64,000 bases of DNA, taken from NCBI GenBank assembly GCA_964639985.1, contig CAZXHG010000008.1, positions 2,116-66,115 on the forward strand, read 5' to 3'. The position numbers and the translations under genes were made by a program. The stretch comes from an uncultured Rickettsiales bacterium. GTDB lineage: Bacteria > Myxococcota_A > UBA796 > UBA9615 > CAYRNR01. A model generated the notes under the pieces. It had not been told where the DNA came from. It made no database searches and worked only from the letters and a program-made list of their open reading frames with translations. Below, one piece after another: positions 36,870-47,458 of this stretch. The stretch's first letter is position 1, and each line of letters starts with the position of its first letter.

Positions 36870-39425
36870 TTGGCCGAACCCGATACCCCCGACCTGATCT
36901 CCCGCCTGCCCGATACCGCCGATCCCGATGAGGTCCTCGAGGCGTTCCTCGACTGGACCATCGACCTGGGCTTCGAGCTGTACGAGGCGCAGGAGGACGC
37001 GGTGCTCGAGCTGGTGGCCGGGCGCCACGTGGTGCTGGCCACGCCGACCGGTTCCGGCAAGTCGCTCGTCGCGGTCGCCATGCACTTCCGAGCCATGGCG
37101 CTGGGGGAGCGCTCGGTGTACACCGCGCCGATCAAGGCGCTGGTCAGCGAGAAGTTCTTCGACCTGTGCCGGGTGTTCGGCGCGGACAACGTGGGCATGC
37201 TCACCGGCGATGCGGCCATCAACCACGACGCGCCCATCATCTGCTGCACCCAGGAGGTGCTGACCAACATGGCGCTGCGGGAGTCGGCGGATGTGCCGTT
37301 CCGCCACGCCGTGCTCGACGAGTTCCACTACTACGCCGACCCGGACCGGGGCATGGCCTGGCAGGTGCCGCTGCTGCAGATGCGCGACGCGACCTTCCTG
37401 CTGATGTCGGCCACCCTGGGGGACACCTCGGAGATCGAGGCCGGGTTGCTCGAGCGCACGGGCCGCGAGGTGGCGTCCGTGACCTCGGTCGAGCGGCCGG
37501 TGCCCCTGGATTTCGAGTACAGCCTGAAGCCCATCCACGAGGCGATCCGGGACCTGATCACGGACGGCAAGGCCCCCATCTACCTGGTCAACTTCAGCCA
37601 GCGCGAGGCTGCCGAGCAGGCGCAGAACCTGATGAGCGTGGACTTCGCGTCCAAGCCGCAGAAGAAGGAGATCGCCGCGGCGCTGCGCGGGTTCCGCTTC
37701 GACAGCCCGTACGGCAAGACCATCGAGCGAACCATCCGCCACGGCATCGGTCTGCACCACGCAGGCCTGCTGCCCAAGTACCGCCTGCTCGTGGAGAAGC
37801 TGGCCCAGCAGGGCATGCTCAAGGTGGTCAGCGGCACCGACACCCTCGGCGTGGGCGTGAACGTGCCGATCCGCACGGTGCTGCTGACCAAGCTGTGCAA
37901 GTTCGACGGCACCAGGGTCCGGCACCTGTCGGTGCGTGAGTTCCAGCAGGTGGCGGGGCGCGCGGGCCGCAAGGGGTTCGACGACCAGGGCTGGGTGGTG
38001 GTGCAGGCGCCCGAGCACGTGATCGAGAACAGGCGGCTGGCCGCCAAGGCCGCGACCACGGGCAAGAAGAAGTACACCAAGCGCAAGGCGCCGACCAAGG
38101 GGTTCATCCCCTGGGACAAGGGCGTGTTCGAGCGGTTGACCACCCAGCCCTGCGAGCCGCTGGAGTCGGTGTTCCGCATCGACCACGGCACCATCCTCAA
38201 CCTGCTGCAGGCCGACGGCGAGGCCCCGGTGGACGGGGGTGGCTACCGGCGGCTGCGGGATCTGATCTCGGCCAGCTTCGAGCCCGCGCGCATGAAGAAG
38301 CACCACCGGCGCCAGGCCGCAAAGCTCTTCCGCGCGCTACGGGACGCCAACCTCGTACAGCTGGTGCCGCGGGACGGTCGCCGCGGGCGCGACATGGTCG
38401 TCAGCCCGGAACTGCAGGCGGACTTCTCCCTGCACCACAGCCTGTCCCTGTACCTGGTGGATGCGGCGGGCCGGCTGGAGCTGTCGTCGGAGACGTATGC
38501 GCTGGACCTGCTGACGCTGGTGGAGGCGATCCTCGAGCACCCGCGGCCCGTGCTGTTCGGCCAGATCAACAAGGCCAAGGGGGAGCTGGTCGCCCGGCTC
38601 AAGGCCGACGGTGTGCCGTACGAGGAGCGCATGGAGGCGCTGGAGGAGGTCACGTACCCCAAGCCGCTGGCCGACTGGATCTACGGCACGTTCGGCCACT
38701 TCGCCAACACCCACCCCTGGGTGGGCGGGGACGACGCGATCCGGCCCAAGTCCGTGGCGCGGGACATGGTCGAGCAGTTCCTGTCGTTCAACGACTTCGT
38801 GCGCGAGTACGGGTTGGAGCGTATGGAGGGCGTGCTGCTGCGGTACCTCAGCCAGGCGTACAAGGGGTTGGTACAGGTGGTGCCGGAGTACTTCAAGAAC
38901 GAGGACGTCGCGGACATCGAGGCCTTCTTGCGCGCCACACTGGCGCGGGTCGACGACTCGCTGCTGGTGGAGTGGGAGAGGATGCTGGAGGTGCCCGAGG
39001 ACCTGGCCGACGAGGTGCAGCTGCCGCAGCGGCCGAAGTTCGACCTCACGCGGGACACCAAGGCGTTCACGGCCCGGGTGCGGGCCGAGCTGCACCAGCT
39101 GGTCAAGGCGCTGGCCGAGGGGGACTGGGACGGCGCGACCCGGTGCGTGCGTCAGGATCCGGACGACCCGTGGACCGCGGAGCGGTTCGAGGGCGCGCTG
39201 GCCGACTTCCGGTCGTCGTACGACCGCATCGTGCTCGACCACCGCGCCCGGCTGGCGGACAAGACCCTGATGAGCAAGGTGGGGCACCGTGCCTGGAGCG
39301 TGACGCAGGTGCTGGTGGATCCGGACGAGGACGGGTTCTGGAGCGTGGACGGCCTGGTCGACCTGTCGGACGAGCCCGAGGTGGACGATTCGCCCCTGGT
39401 GAGGGTGGAGAAGATCGGGCCCTGA
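36870..39425 (+). CDS. DEAD/DEAH-box helicase (Ski2/HelY-like) with a C-terminal DUF3516-type region.
   Basis: Motif I ATPTGSGKS, motif II DEFH, SAT motif, and helicase C-terminal motifs (VVSGTDTLGVGVNVP, QVAGRAGRKG). 851 aa, TTG start. Confidence 0.9.
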   Translation: MAEPDTPDLISRLPDTADPDEVLEAFLDWTIDLGFELYEAQEDAVLELVAGRHVVLATPTGSGKSLVAVAMHFRAMALGERSVYTAPIKALVSEKFFDLCRVFGADNVGMLTGDAAINHDAPIICCTQEVLTNMALRESADVPFRHAVLDEFHYYADPDRGMAWQVPLLQMRDATFLLMSATLGDTSEIEAGLLERTGREVASVTSVERPVPLDFEYSLKPIHEAIRDLITDGKAPIYLVNFSQREAAEQAQNLMSVDFASKPQKKEIAAALRGFRFDSPYGKTIERTIRHGIGLHHAGLLPKYRLLVEKLAQQGMLKVVSGTDTLGVGVNVPIRTVLLTKLCKFDGTRVRHLSVREFQQVAGRAGRKGFDDQGWVVVQAPEHVIENRRLAAKAATTGKKKYTKRKAPTKGFIPWDKGVFERLTTQPCEPLESVFRIDHGTILNLLQADGEAPVDGGGYRRLRDLISASFEPARMKKHHRRQAAKLFRALRDANLVQLVPRDGRRGRDMVVSPELQADFSLHHSLSLYLVDAAGRLELSSETYALDLLTLVEAILEHPRPVLFGQINKAKGELVARLKADGVPYEERMEALEEVTYPKPLADWIYGTFGHFANTHPWVGGDDAIRPKSVARDMVEQFLSFNDFVREYGLERMEGVLLRYLSQAYKGLVQVVPEYFKNEDVADIEAFLRATLARVDDSLLVEWERMLEVPEDLADEVQLPQRPKFDLTRDTKAFTARVRAELHQLVKALAEGDWDGATRCVRQDPDDPWTAERFEGALADFRSSYDRIVLDHRARLADKTLMSKVGHRAWSVTQVLVDPDEDGFWSVDGLVDLSDEPEVDDSPLVRVEKIGP

Positions 39426-39484
39426 CACCCTCCATCCCGCTGTGATAGGACTCCGGCGGGGACCTGTGCCACGGAGAGGGAGTC

Positions 39485-40939
39485 ATGTCGGGTGAACACA
39501 TCGGGGTGCTGATCACGTTCATCGCCTACCTGGTGCTGCTGGTCGTGATCGGCCGCCTCGGGGAGCGCAAGCACACCAGGTCGTACAAGGACTTCGTCAG
39601 CGCCGACCGCTCGCTCGGTGCGCTGGTGACCGCCATCTCCGCCGCGTCCAGCTCGGAGAGCGTGTGGGTGATGCTCGGCCTGTCCGGCCTGGGCTACTGG
39701 AAGGGCATGGCCGCGTTCTGGGCGGCGCTCGGCTGCGTGATCGGCTTCCTGTTCAACGCGCTGTTCGTCACCGTGCAGCTGCGCCGGGAGTCGGAGAAGC
39801 TCGACGCGACCACGGTCTCGGACTTCGTGGCCGCACGCGTGGGCGATCCCAGCGGCCTGATCCGCATCATCTCCGCGGTGATCATCACCTTCTTCATGCT
39901 GGTATACGTGGTGGCCCAGTTCACGGGCGCGGGCGACCTGTTCCACGGCATGGAGCTGCTGGGGCCGGACACGCCGTACTGGCTGGGTGTGGTGGTGGGG
40001 GCATTCATCATCGGCCTGTACATCGTGCTGGGCGGGTACGCCGCGGTCTGCTGGACCGACACGGTGCAGGGGATCCTGATGTTCGGGGTGATGCTGGGCC
40101 TGCCGATCCTGGCGCTGGTCGAGGCCGGTGGATTCGCGGGCATCAGCGAGGTGCTCGGGCCCATGGGCCTGATGTCGCTGTCCCCGGCCGAGACCGCGGG
40201 CTGGGCCGCGGCCGGTTTCGTGGTGGGGCAGCTCGGCATCTCCCTGGGGTACCCGGGCATGCCGCACATGATCGTGCGCTACATGACCGTGCGCGACGAC
40301 AAGGCCGCCCGCAACGCGGCCTGGATCTCCATCGTATGGGCGTCGGTCGTGCTGTTCGGCTCCACACTGCTGGGGCTGGCCGTGCGCGCCATCGCCCCGG
40401 AGCTGGCCGAGTCCCAGAAGGAAGCCGAGCAGCTGGTGATCCCCTTCATCTGCCGGGAGAACCTGCCTCCGCTGGTCACAGGCATCGTGCTATCGGCCGT
40501 GACCGCGGCCATCATGTCCACGGCCGACAGCCAGCTGATGTACGCGGCCACCTCCCTGGTCAACGACTTCTGGCTGAAGCTCGGTGGCAAGAAGGACGTG
40601 GACGCCGCCGTGCTGGTCCGCTGGACCCGCATCGTGCTGGTGGTGATGACGCTGATCGCGATGGGCGTTGCCCTGGCCAAGATCCGGCTGATCTACACCT
40701 TCGTCCTGTTCGCCTGGGGCGCACTCGGCGCGGCATTCACGCCGATCATCGTGCTGGCCCTGTACTGGAAGGGCCTCACCCGCCAGGGCGCGCTCGCCTC
40801 CCTGATCATCGGTCCGATCGTGGTCGTGGCCTGGCACGTGGTGCCGCCGCTGGCCGACATCGTCTACGAGCTGATCCCCGCGTTCACGCTGAGCTTCGTC
40901 GCCGCCATCGTGGTCAGCCTCGCCACCCGGCGGTCCTGA
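39485..40939 (+). CDS. Sodium:solute symporter family (SSF) transporter.
   Basis: 13-14 predicted transmembrane helices, SSF-type pattern. GGAGAGGGAG RBS before the ATG. Confidence 0.9.
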   Translation: MSGEHIGVLITFIAYLVLLVVIGRLGERKHTRSYKDFVSADRSLGALVTAISAASSSESVWVMLGLSGLGYWKGMAAFWAALGCVIGFLFNALFVTVQLRRESEKLDATTVSDFVAARVGDPSGLIRIISAVIITFFMLVYVVAQFTGAGDLFHGMELLGPDTPYWLGVVVGAFIIGLYIVLGGYAAVCWTDTVQGILMFGVMLGLPILALVEAGGFAGISEVLGPMGLMSLSPAETAGWAAAGFVVGQLGISLGYPGMPHMIVRYMTVRDDKAARNAAWISIVWASVVLFGSTLLGLAVRAIAPELAESQKEAEQLVIPFICRENLPPLVTGIVLSAVTAAIMSTADSQLMYAATSLVNDFWLKLGGKKDVDAAVLVRWTRIVLVVMTLIAMGVALAKIRLIYTFVLFAWGALGAAFTPIIVLALYWKGLTRQGALASLIIGPIVVVAWHVVPPLADIVYELIPAFTLSFVAAIVVSLATRRS

Positions 40940-40942
40940 GGA

Positions 40943-42787
<1,845 letters not shown>

Positions 42788-42959
42788 CCTCCGGGGGGCG
42801 CATCAACCTCAGCGTGGACGTGTGCGTGTACTGAACACCCCGTCAAGCCCAGTCTCTCAGACGCTGCCCACGATGACAAGGCCGGTGTTGGCGCGAATTA
42901 CCATCCGTGACCTGTCCGTCCCGGCGAAGACGACCACACAGGGGAAAGGAGGTCGGTCG

Positions 42960-43817
42960 ATGGGCAGCAGAGGAGTTCTCGGGCTTGGGGTGGCCATGTC
43001 ACTCGTGGCTGGTGCGTGCCAGCGTGAGGTGCACGGAGCGCTGGATGACGACATCGCGGCCGACGACGACTCGGTGGAGGCCACGGACGACGACGTCGTG
43101 ACGGACGACGACTCCGTGTTCTCGGACGACGACACCGCAGACGATGACGCGGCAGACGACGACACGCCAGCGAGCCCCTACGTCGGGCGAGACTACCTGC
43201 GGGACCTGGCCAACGCGGACGTCCTCCAGCCACCCGGGATGGCCTCGATGGTGTCGGCCTTCCAGGACGAGATGTTCGTGGTCATGCAACCGGTAGCCAT
43301 CCACCCGGTGGCCGGGACCATCGAGATGATCGCCGCTCCGGTGGAGAAGGAAGACTCCTTCTACGAACAGGACCTGTGCGTGCCCACGTGGTCCCTCGAG
43401 GGAACCTGGACCGGCTCGTCCTTCCAGGTGGGGCCGACGCACGTGGCCTACCGCAGGGACGGCATCGAGGTCACGGTCTACGACTACGAGGCCACCGGGC
43501 TGTTCGCCCCGACAGGCGACGCCATGCTGGACGGCACGACCCACAGCTTGATCGACACGCGCGGGTTGGACGAACTCGTGGATCCGGGCGCAGGTGCGGG
43601 AGCGGTATGCAGCCTGCTGACCGCCATGGGGATCACCTGCCAGTCCTGTCCGTACGGCCAGGGTCCGTATTGCCTGGAGTTCATCGTCGGGATCATCCCC
43701 GCCTTCGAGGTCGATGTCCGCGGCACACACCCACAGACTGGCCAGATCTTCACCAGTCTCACGGAAGTCACCGATACCGACCTGTGGGTGTGGCAGAACG
43801 CCGGACACTGTGATTGA
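42960..43817 (+). CDS. Hypothetical lipoprotein with an acidic linker.
   Basis: GGAAAGGAGG RBS. MGSRGVLGLGVAMSLVAGAC lipobox. DDDxADDD linker. C-terminal CQSCPYGQGPYC and a terminal HCD. Confidence 0.6.
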   Translation: MGSRGVLGLGVAMSLVAGACQREVHGALDDDIAADDDSVEATDDDVVTDDDSVFSDDDTADDDAADDDTPASPYVGRDYLRDLANADVLQPPGMASMVSAFQDEMFVVMQPVAIHPVAGTIEMIAAPVEKEDSFYEQDLCVPTWSLEGTWTGSSFQVGPTHVAYRRDGIEVTVYDYEATGLFAPTGDAMLDGTTHSLIDTRGLDELVDPGAGAGAVCSLLTAMGITCQSCPYGQGPYCLEFIVGIIPAFEVDVRGTHPQTGQIFTSLTEVTDTDLWVWQNAGHCD

Positions 43818-43907
43818 TGGCTCAACCACCCCCCCTCCCGGGGGTGCCAACCAACTACCTCCCGGCGGTGGTGGAGACCCGTGGTAGGGTCGCCGGCGAG
43901 GTGAGCC

Positions 43908-44126
43908 ATGAGGATCGACCTGGACGGGTTCTGCATCCGGTCCTACGCCGAGACCGACGCGGACGACATCGTGCGGCACGGCAACAGCGCGGCCATCACC
44001 GCCCACATGACCCATCGTTTTCCGTACCCGTACACGCACGAGGACGCGCGGCAATGGCTGGACATCGTGCTGAACCAGGAGCGGGATTCGATCCTCGACC
44101 AGTGGCTGTACGTGCGGTTCAGGTGA
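43908..44126 (+). pseudogene. N-terminal fragment (72 aa) of a GNAT-family N-acetyltransferase, a truncated remnant.
   Basis: MRIDLDGFCIRSYAETDADDIVRHGNSAAITAHMTHRFPYPYTHEDARQWLDIVL resembles the first ~70 residues of RimL-type GNAT enzymes (normally ~180 aa). The ORF stops at 44126 with no continuation of GNAT motifs. Confidence 0.5.
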
Positions 44127-44215
44127 GCCCTTCCACGGCGATTTTCCACTGCATCGCTTTCCTTTCCCCCCCTCTTCCGGTAGATCGTGCGCGACCGAAC
44201 CGAAAGGAATCTCCG

Positions 44216-44878
44216 ATGAGGACGTACACCATGCTGGCCCTGTCCCTGATCACCACCCTGGCCCTGGTCCTGATGGGCTGCCCGCCCGCGGACGAGGGTA
44301 CGGCCACCGAGGAAGTGGCCGCCGACGCCGGCGAGGCTGCCGAGGGTGCCGAGGGTGCCGAGGCCGAGGGCGACTGCCCCCACTCCAAGGCCCACCACGG
44401 CGAGGAGGCCGAGGCGGCCCACCCGTGGTCCATCCTCCACTCCGAGGGTGTCGAGCGCACGGCCGAGAACCTGGACAACGGCGTGAAGATCTCCTTCACC
44501 GCCGGCTGCCCTCACCTGCAGGGCAAGCTCCAGGAAGGCGCTGCCGCCAAGGTCGAGCACATGGCCGGCAAGGAAGAGGGGCACCAGTGCGAGTGCGGCA
44601 TGCACGGCGAGGGCGTGACCGTGGTCGCGGAGAACCTCGACAACGGCGTGGCGCTGGTCGTCACCACCGAGACCGCCGACGACGTGGCCAAGCTGCAGGA
44701 GCACGGCGCCAAGATCGCCGCGGGTGAGGGCGGCTGCGGCGGCTGCAAGGGCCATGGCCACCACGATCACGGTGACCACGCCGAGGCCGCGCCCATCGAC
44801 GCGGGCGGCGCCGAGGCCGGCTGCTGCGAGGAGGGCGCGCCGGAAGAGGACTGTGGCTGCGACGAGGAGAAGAAGTAG
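44216..44878 (+). CDS. His/Cys-rich putative metal-binding lipoprotein with an internal duplication.
   Basis: Lipobox LVLMGC. Internal repeats AENLDNGV...KLQE. Metal-ligand-rich patches CPHSKAHHGEE, HQCECGMHGEG, GGCGGCKGHGHHDHGDH and CCEEGAPEEDCGCDEE. Confidence 0.7.
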   Translation: MRTYTMLALSLITTLALVLMGCPPADEGTATEEVAADAGEAAEGAEGAEAEGDCPHSKAHHGEEAEAAHPWSILHSEGVERTAENLDNGVKISFTAGCPHLQGKLQEGAAAKVEHMAGKEEGHQCECGMHGEGVTVVAENLDNGVALVVTTETADDVAKLQEHGAKIAAGEGGCGGCKGHGHHDHGDHAEAAPIDAGGAEAGCCEEGAPEEDCGCDEEKK

Positions 44879-44884
44879 CCGCAG

Positions 44885-45622
44885 CTACATGCCGACGCCC
44901 TCGGGCACGTCGAGCGAGATGTAGCAGTAGCTGGCGGTGAAGTCGCCGCTGGCGTCCCCCGCTGCCTCCCCCTCCTCGTCCGTCAGCGTCGCGTCGAACT
45001 CGACCGCGATCTTCGTGTCGCCCTTGTGGGTCACCGTGGCGGTCCCCCCGTCGGACACGTACAGGTCCGTGGCGTCGAGCAGCGCACCGTAGGTGTCCCC
45101 GATGCAGATCCCGTCCGTGACCACGAAGTTCTCGGCGATCACGTCGTAGTAGTCGTCGTTGTAGCGCGTCAGGCTGAGGTCGAAGCGGTCCACGGCCTCG
45201 TGGTCGCCCGCGTACTCCCCGTCCGACGGCTCCGTGGCGAACGCCTCGTCGTCGGAGAAGTACAGCGTCATCATGGTGTTGCCGTCGTTGGTGAACTTGC
45301 CCAGGTAGTCCGACAGGGCGGCGTAGGCGCTCTGCCACGCCTCGCACTGGGCGTCGCCGTCCTCGGCATCGGCGAGATCCTGCAGCCGGGCCTCGTACTC
45401 CTCGTAGGCGTTCTCGTAGGCCCGGCACAGCCCGGGCGTGGGGCTGAGCACGAAGGCCTGGTAGTTGAACTCGTACGCGCCGCTGGTCATGTCCTGTTCC
45501 ATCCAGACCGCGCTGCTGACGTTGCCGAACTTCTCCAGGTCGGTGAACGACACCGAACCGGGGCAGCCCATCCACAGGGTGCAGGCGCCCATCAGGGCGA
45601 GGGTGCAGGCAAACCGGGTCAT
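44885..45622 (-). CDS. Hypothetical lipoprotein.
   Basis: ATG at 45622 preceded by GGAGGGAAG. MTRFACTLALMGAC lipobox. 245 aa with balanced composition. The rest of track ORF 44885..47416 is antisense junk of the next gene. Confidence 0.65.
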   Translation of the reverse strand: MTRFACTLALMGACTLWMGCPGSVSFTDLEKFGNVSSAVWMEQDMTSGAYEFNYQAFVLSPTPGLCRAYENAYEEYEARLQDLADAEDGDAQCEAWQSAYAALSDYLGKFTNDGNTMMTLYFSDDEAFATEPSDGEYAGDHEAVDRFDLSLTRYNDDYYDVIAENFVVTDGICIGDTYGALLDATDLYVSDGGTATVTHKGDTKIAVEFDATLTDEEGEAAGDASGDFTASYCYISLDVPEGVGM

Positions 45623-45679
45623 CTTCCCTCCATCGGGCCCGTCCATGTCGGCCCGCCGCCAGTATAATCCAGCACCACC

Positions 45680-47458
45680 ATGGCGAACCTCATCGAAGCA
45701 CGATCCCAGGGGCTGGCCGACGAGGCGCTGGACAACCTCGTCCACCAGTTCGCCCGCCCTCTCGATTTCCTGCGCGAGCTGGTCCAGAACGCCATCGACG
45801 CGGGCACCCCGCGGGTGGAGGTCTGGACCCGCTTCGAATCCCCGCCCCCCGGCGAGTCCCTGGGGGTGCTCGAGATCCACGTCGACGACTTCGGCGAGGG
45901 CATGGACGAGGCGATCATCGACAGCCAGCTGACGCGGCTGTTCTCCTCCACCAAGGAGGACGACCTCACCAAGATCGGCAAGTTCGGCATCGGCTTCACC
46001 TCGATCTTCGCCATCGAGCCGGACGCGATCCTGCTGCGCACCGGTCGCCACGGCGAGGCCTGGGAGCTGCTGTTCCACGCGGACCGCAGCTTCGACAAGG
46101 TGCGCGCGGACGCGGCCCTGGTGGGTACGCAGATCACGCTGTACAAGCGCATGGCGCCCGGGGACCTGGCCGGGTTCGTGCGCGAGGCGCGGTGGGTACT
46201 GTCCTACTGGTGCGAGCACTCGAATACGCCGGTGCTGTTCGGTGACCGTAGCGGCGACGTGGAGCAGACCGTGGCCGACGGAGACGACCCGTTCGCCGCG
46301 TTCGCCGTGGAGCCCGCCGCGGCCGCCAGCGAGCTGAAGCCCGTGACCTCGCCCATGGACATCGACGCGACCCTGGTCGTGCGGCACGAGCGGGACGGCG
46401 TCCGGGTCGTGATCGGTCACGCGGACGAACCCCACTACGGGTTCTACAACGGCGGCCTGACCCTGCTGTCCACGGACAACGCCGATGCGCTCGGTTCGCG
46501 GGCGTCGGCGCTGTCGCACCTCGCCTTCAAGGTGAAGTACGACCGGCTGGAGCACACCCTGACCCGCGACAACGTGCTGCAGGACCGCAACTGGGACAAG
46601 GCGGTGGACGTGCTGTTCGAGGCGGCCGCTCAGCTCCGCGAGCTGCTGATGGTCCGCGCCGTGGACGCGGCCTCCCGGAGGGAGGACATGACCTGCTGGC
46701 ACGGGTGGCTGGCCGACGAGTGCGTCACCTGCTGCCTGCACGAGGGGGAGGAGCTGGACGGGCTGTCGGTCTTCCTCGACCGCCACGGACAGCCGCTGCG
46801 GCTGATCGACATCGAGCGCCAGGAGGATCGCCTGGGTGCGGTCCTGATCGACCCGGGCGAAGGCCCGCTGGCCGACGCGCTGGAGCGGTCGGGTGTTCGC
46901 CTGCTTCCCGAGAACGAGGCCACGTGGCGGTTGCTGTCCGTGAGCGTCAAGCCGCCCCTGCTGTGGTTCATCCAGCGGACCCGGACCGTCGTGCGGGCCG
47001 ACGAGCTGTACCTGCTGCCCGGGGTCGTGGGTGACGACCAGCTGGACGTGCGGGAGCGCCGCCTGCTGGCCTCGACCGAGGAGCTGGTGGGCGAGGCGCT
47101 GGGCCGACGGCACCGGCTGCGCATGGGAGACTTCGGGGGCGTGGACGCCGCGGGCGAGCTGCCCCTGGCCATGGAGAGCCCGGACGGAGGCGAGGTCTGC
47201 CGTCACTCGGATCGTCCGGAGCTGCGCGGACTGCAGGTTCGCCGCCGGACCCTGGTGCTCAACCGGCACCACGCCGCGCTGGCCGGGCACCTGTCGGCGG
47301 CCGAGCACGACCTCGAACTGGCCTCCTTCGGCCTGGCGCAGGCGTTGCTCGTGGTCACCGGCGTGGAGGGCAAGAGGCGCTACCGCAGGTTGCTCGCAGA
47401 AGCGATCGCACGCCACGACGCCGCGGTCGAGCAGGAGTTCGAGGGAGGGCAGCCATGA
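45680..47458 (+). CDS. GHKL-superfamily (Hsp90/MutL/MORC-like) ATPase-domain protein, 592 aa, with an uncharacterised C-terminal region.
   Basis: Bergerat-fold motifs: N box LRELVQNAIDAG, G1 box VDDFGEGM, G2 box GKFGIGFTS (compare Hsp90 GQFGVGFYS). No histidine-kinase dimerisation or H-box, so it is not a sensor kinase. Confidence 0.8.
   Translation: MANLIEARSQGLADEALDNLVHQFARPLDFLRELVQNAIDAGTPRVEVWTRFESPPPGESLGVLEIHVDDFGEGMDEAIIDSQLTRLFSSTKEDDLTKIGKFGIGFTSIFAIEPDAILLRTGRHGEAWELLFHADRSFDKVRADAALVGTQITLYKRMAPGDLAGFVREARWVLSYWCEHSNTPVLFGDRSGDVEQTVADGDDPFAAFAVEPAAAASELKPVTSPMDIDATLVVRHERDGVRVVIGHADEPHYGFYNGGLTLLSTDNADALGSRASALSHLAFKVKYDRLEHTLTRDNVLQDRNWDKAVDVLFEAAAQLRELLMVRAVDAASRREDMTCWHGWLADECVTCCLHEGEELDGLSVFLDRHGQPLRLIDIERQEDRLGAVLIDPGEGPLADALERSGVRLLPENEATWRLLSVSVKPPLLWFIQRTRTVVRADELYLLPGVVGDDQLDVRERRLLASTEELVGEALGRRHRLRMGDFGGVDAAGELPLAMESPDGGEVCRHSDRPELRGLQVRRRTLVLNRHHAALAGHLSAAEHDLELASFGLAQALLVVTGVEGKRRYRRLLAEAIARHDAAVEQEFEGGQP

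Noticed and set aside
45026-47416. Minus-strand 843-aa ORF and other ORFs antisense to the GHKL ATPase gene
   Set aside because: Only the 245-codon lipoprotein at 44885..45622 is credible. The remainder is antisense to 45680..47458.
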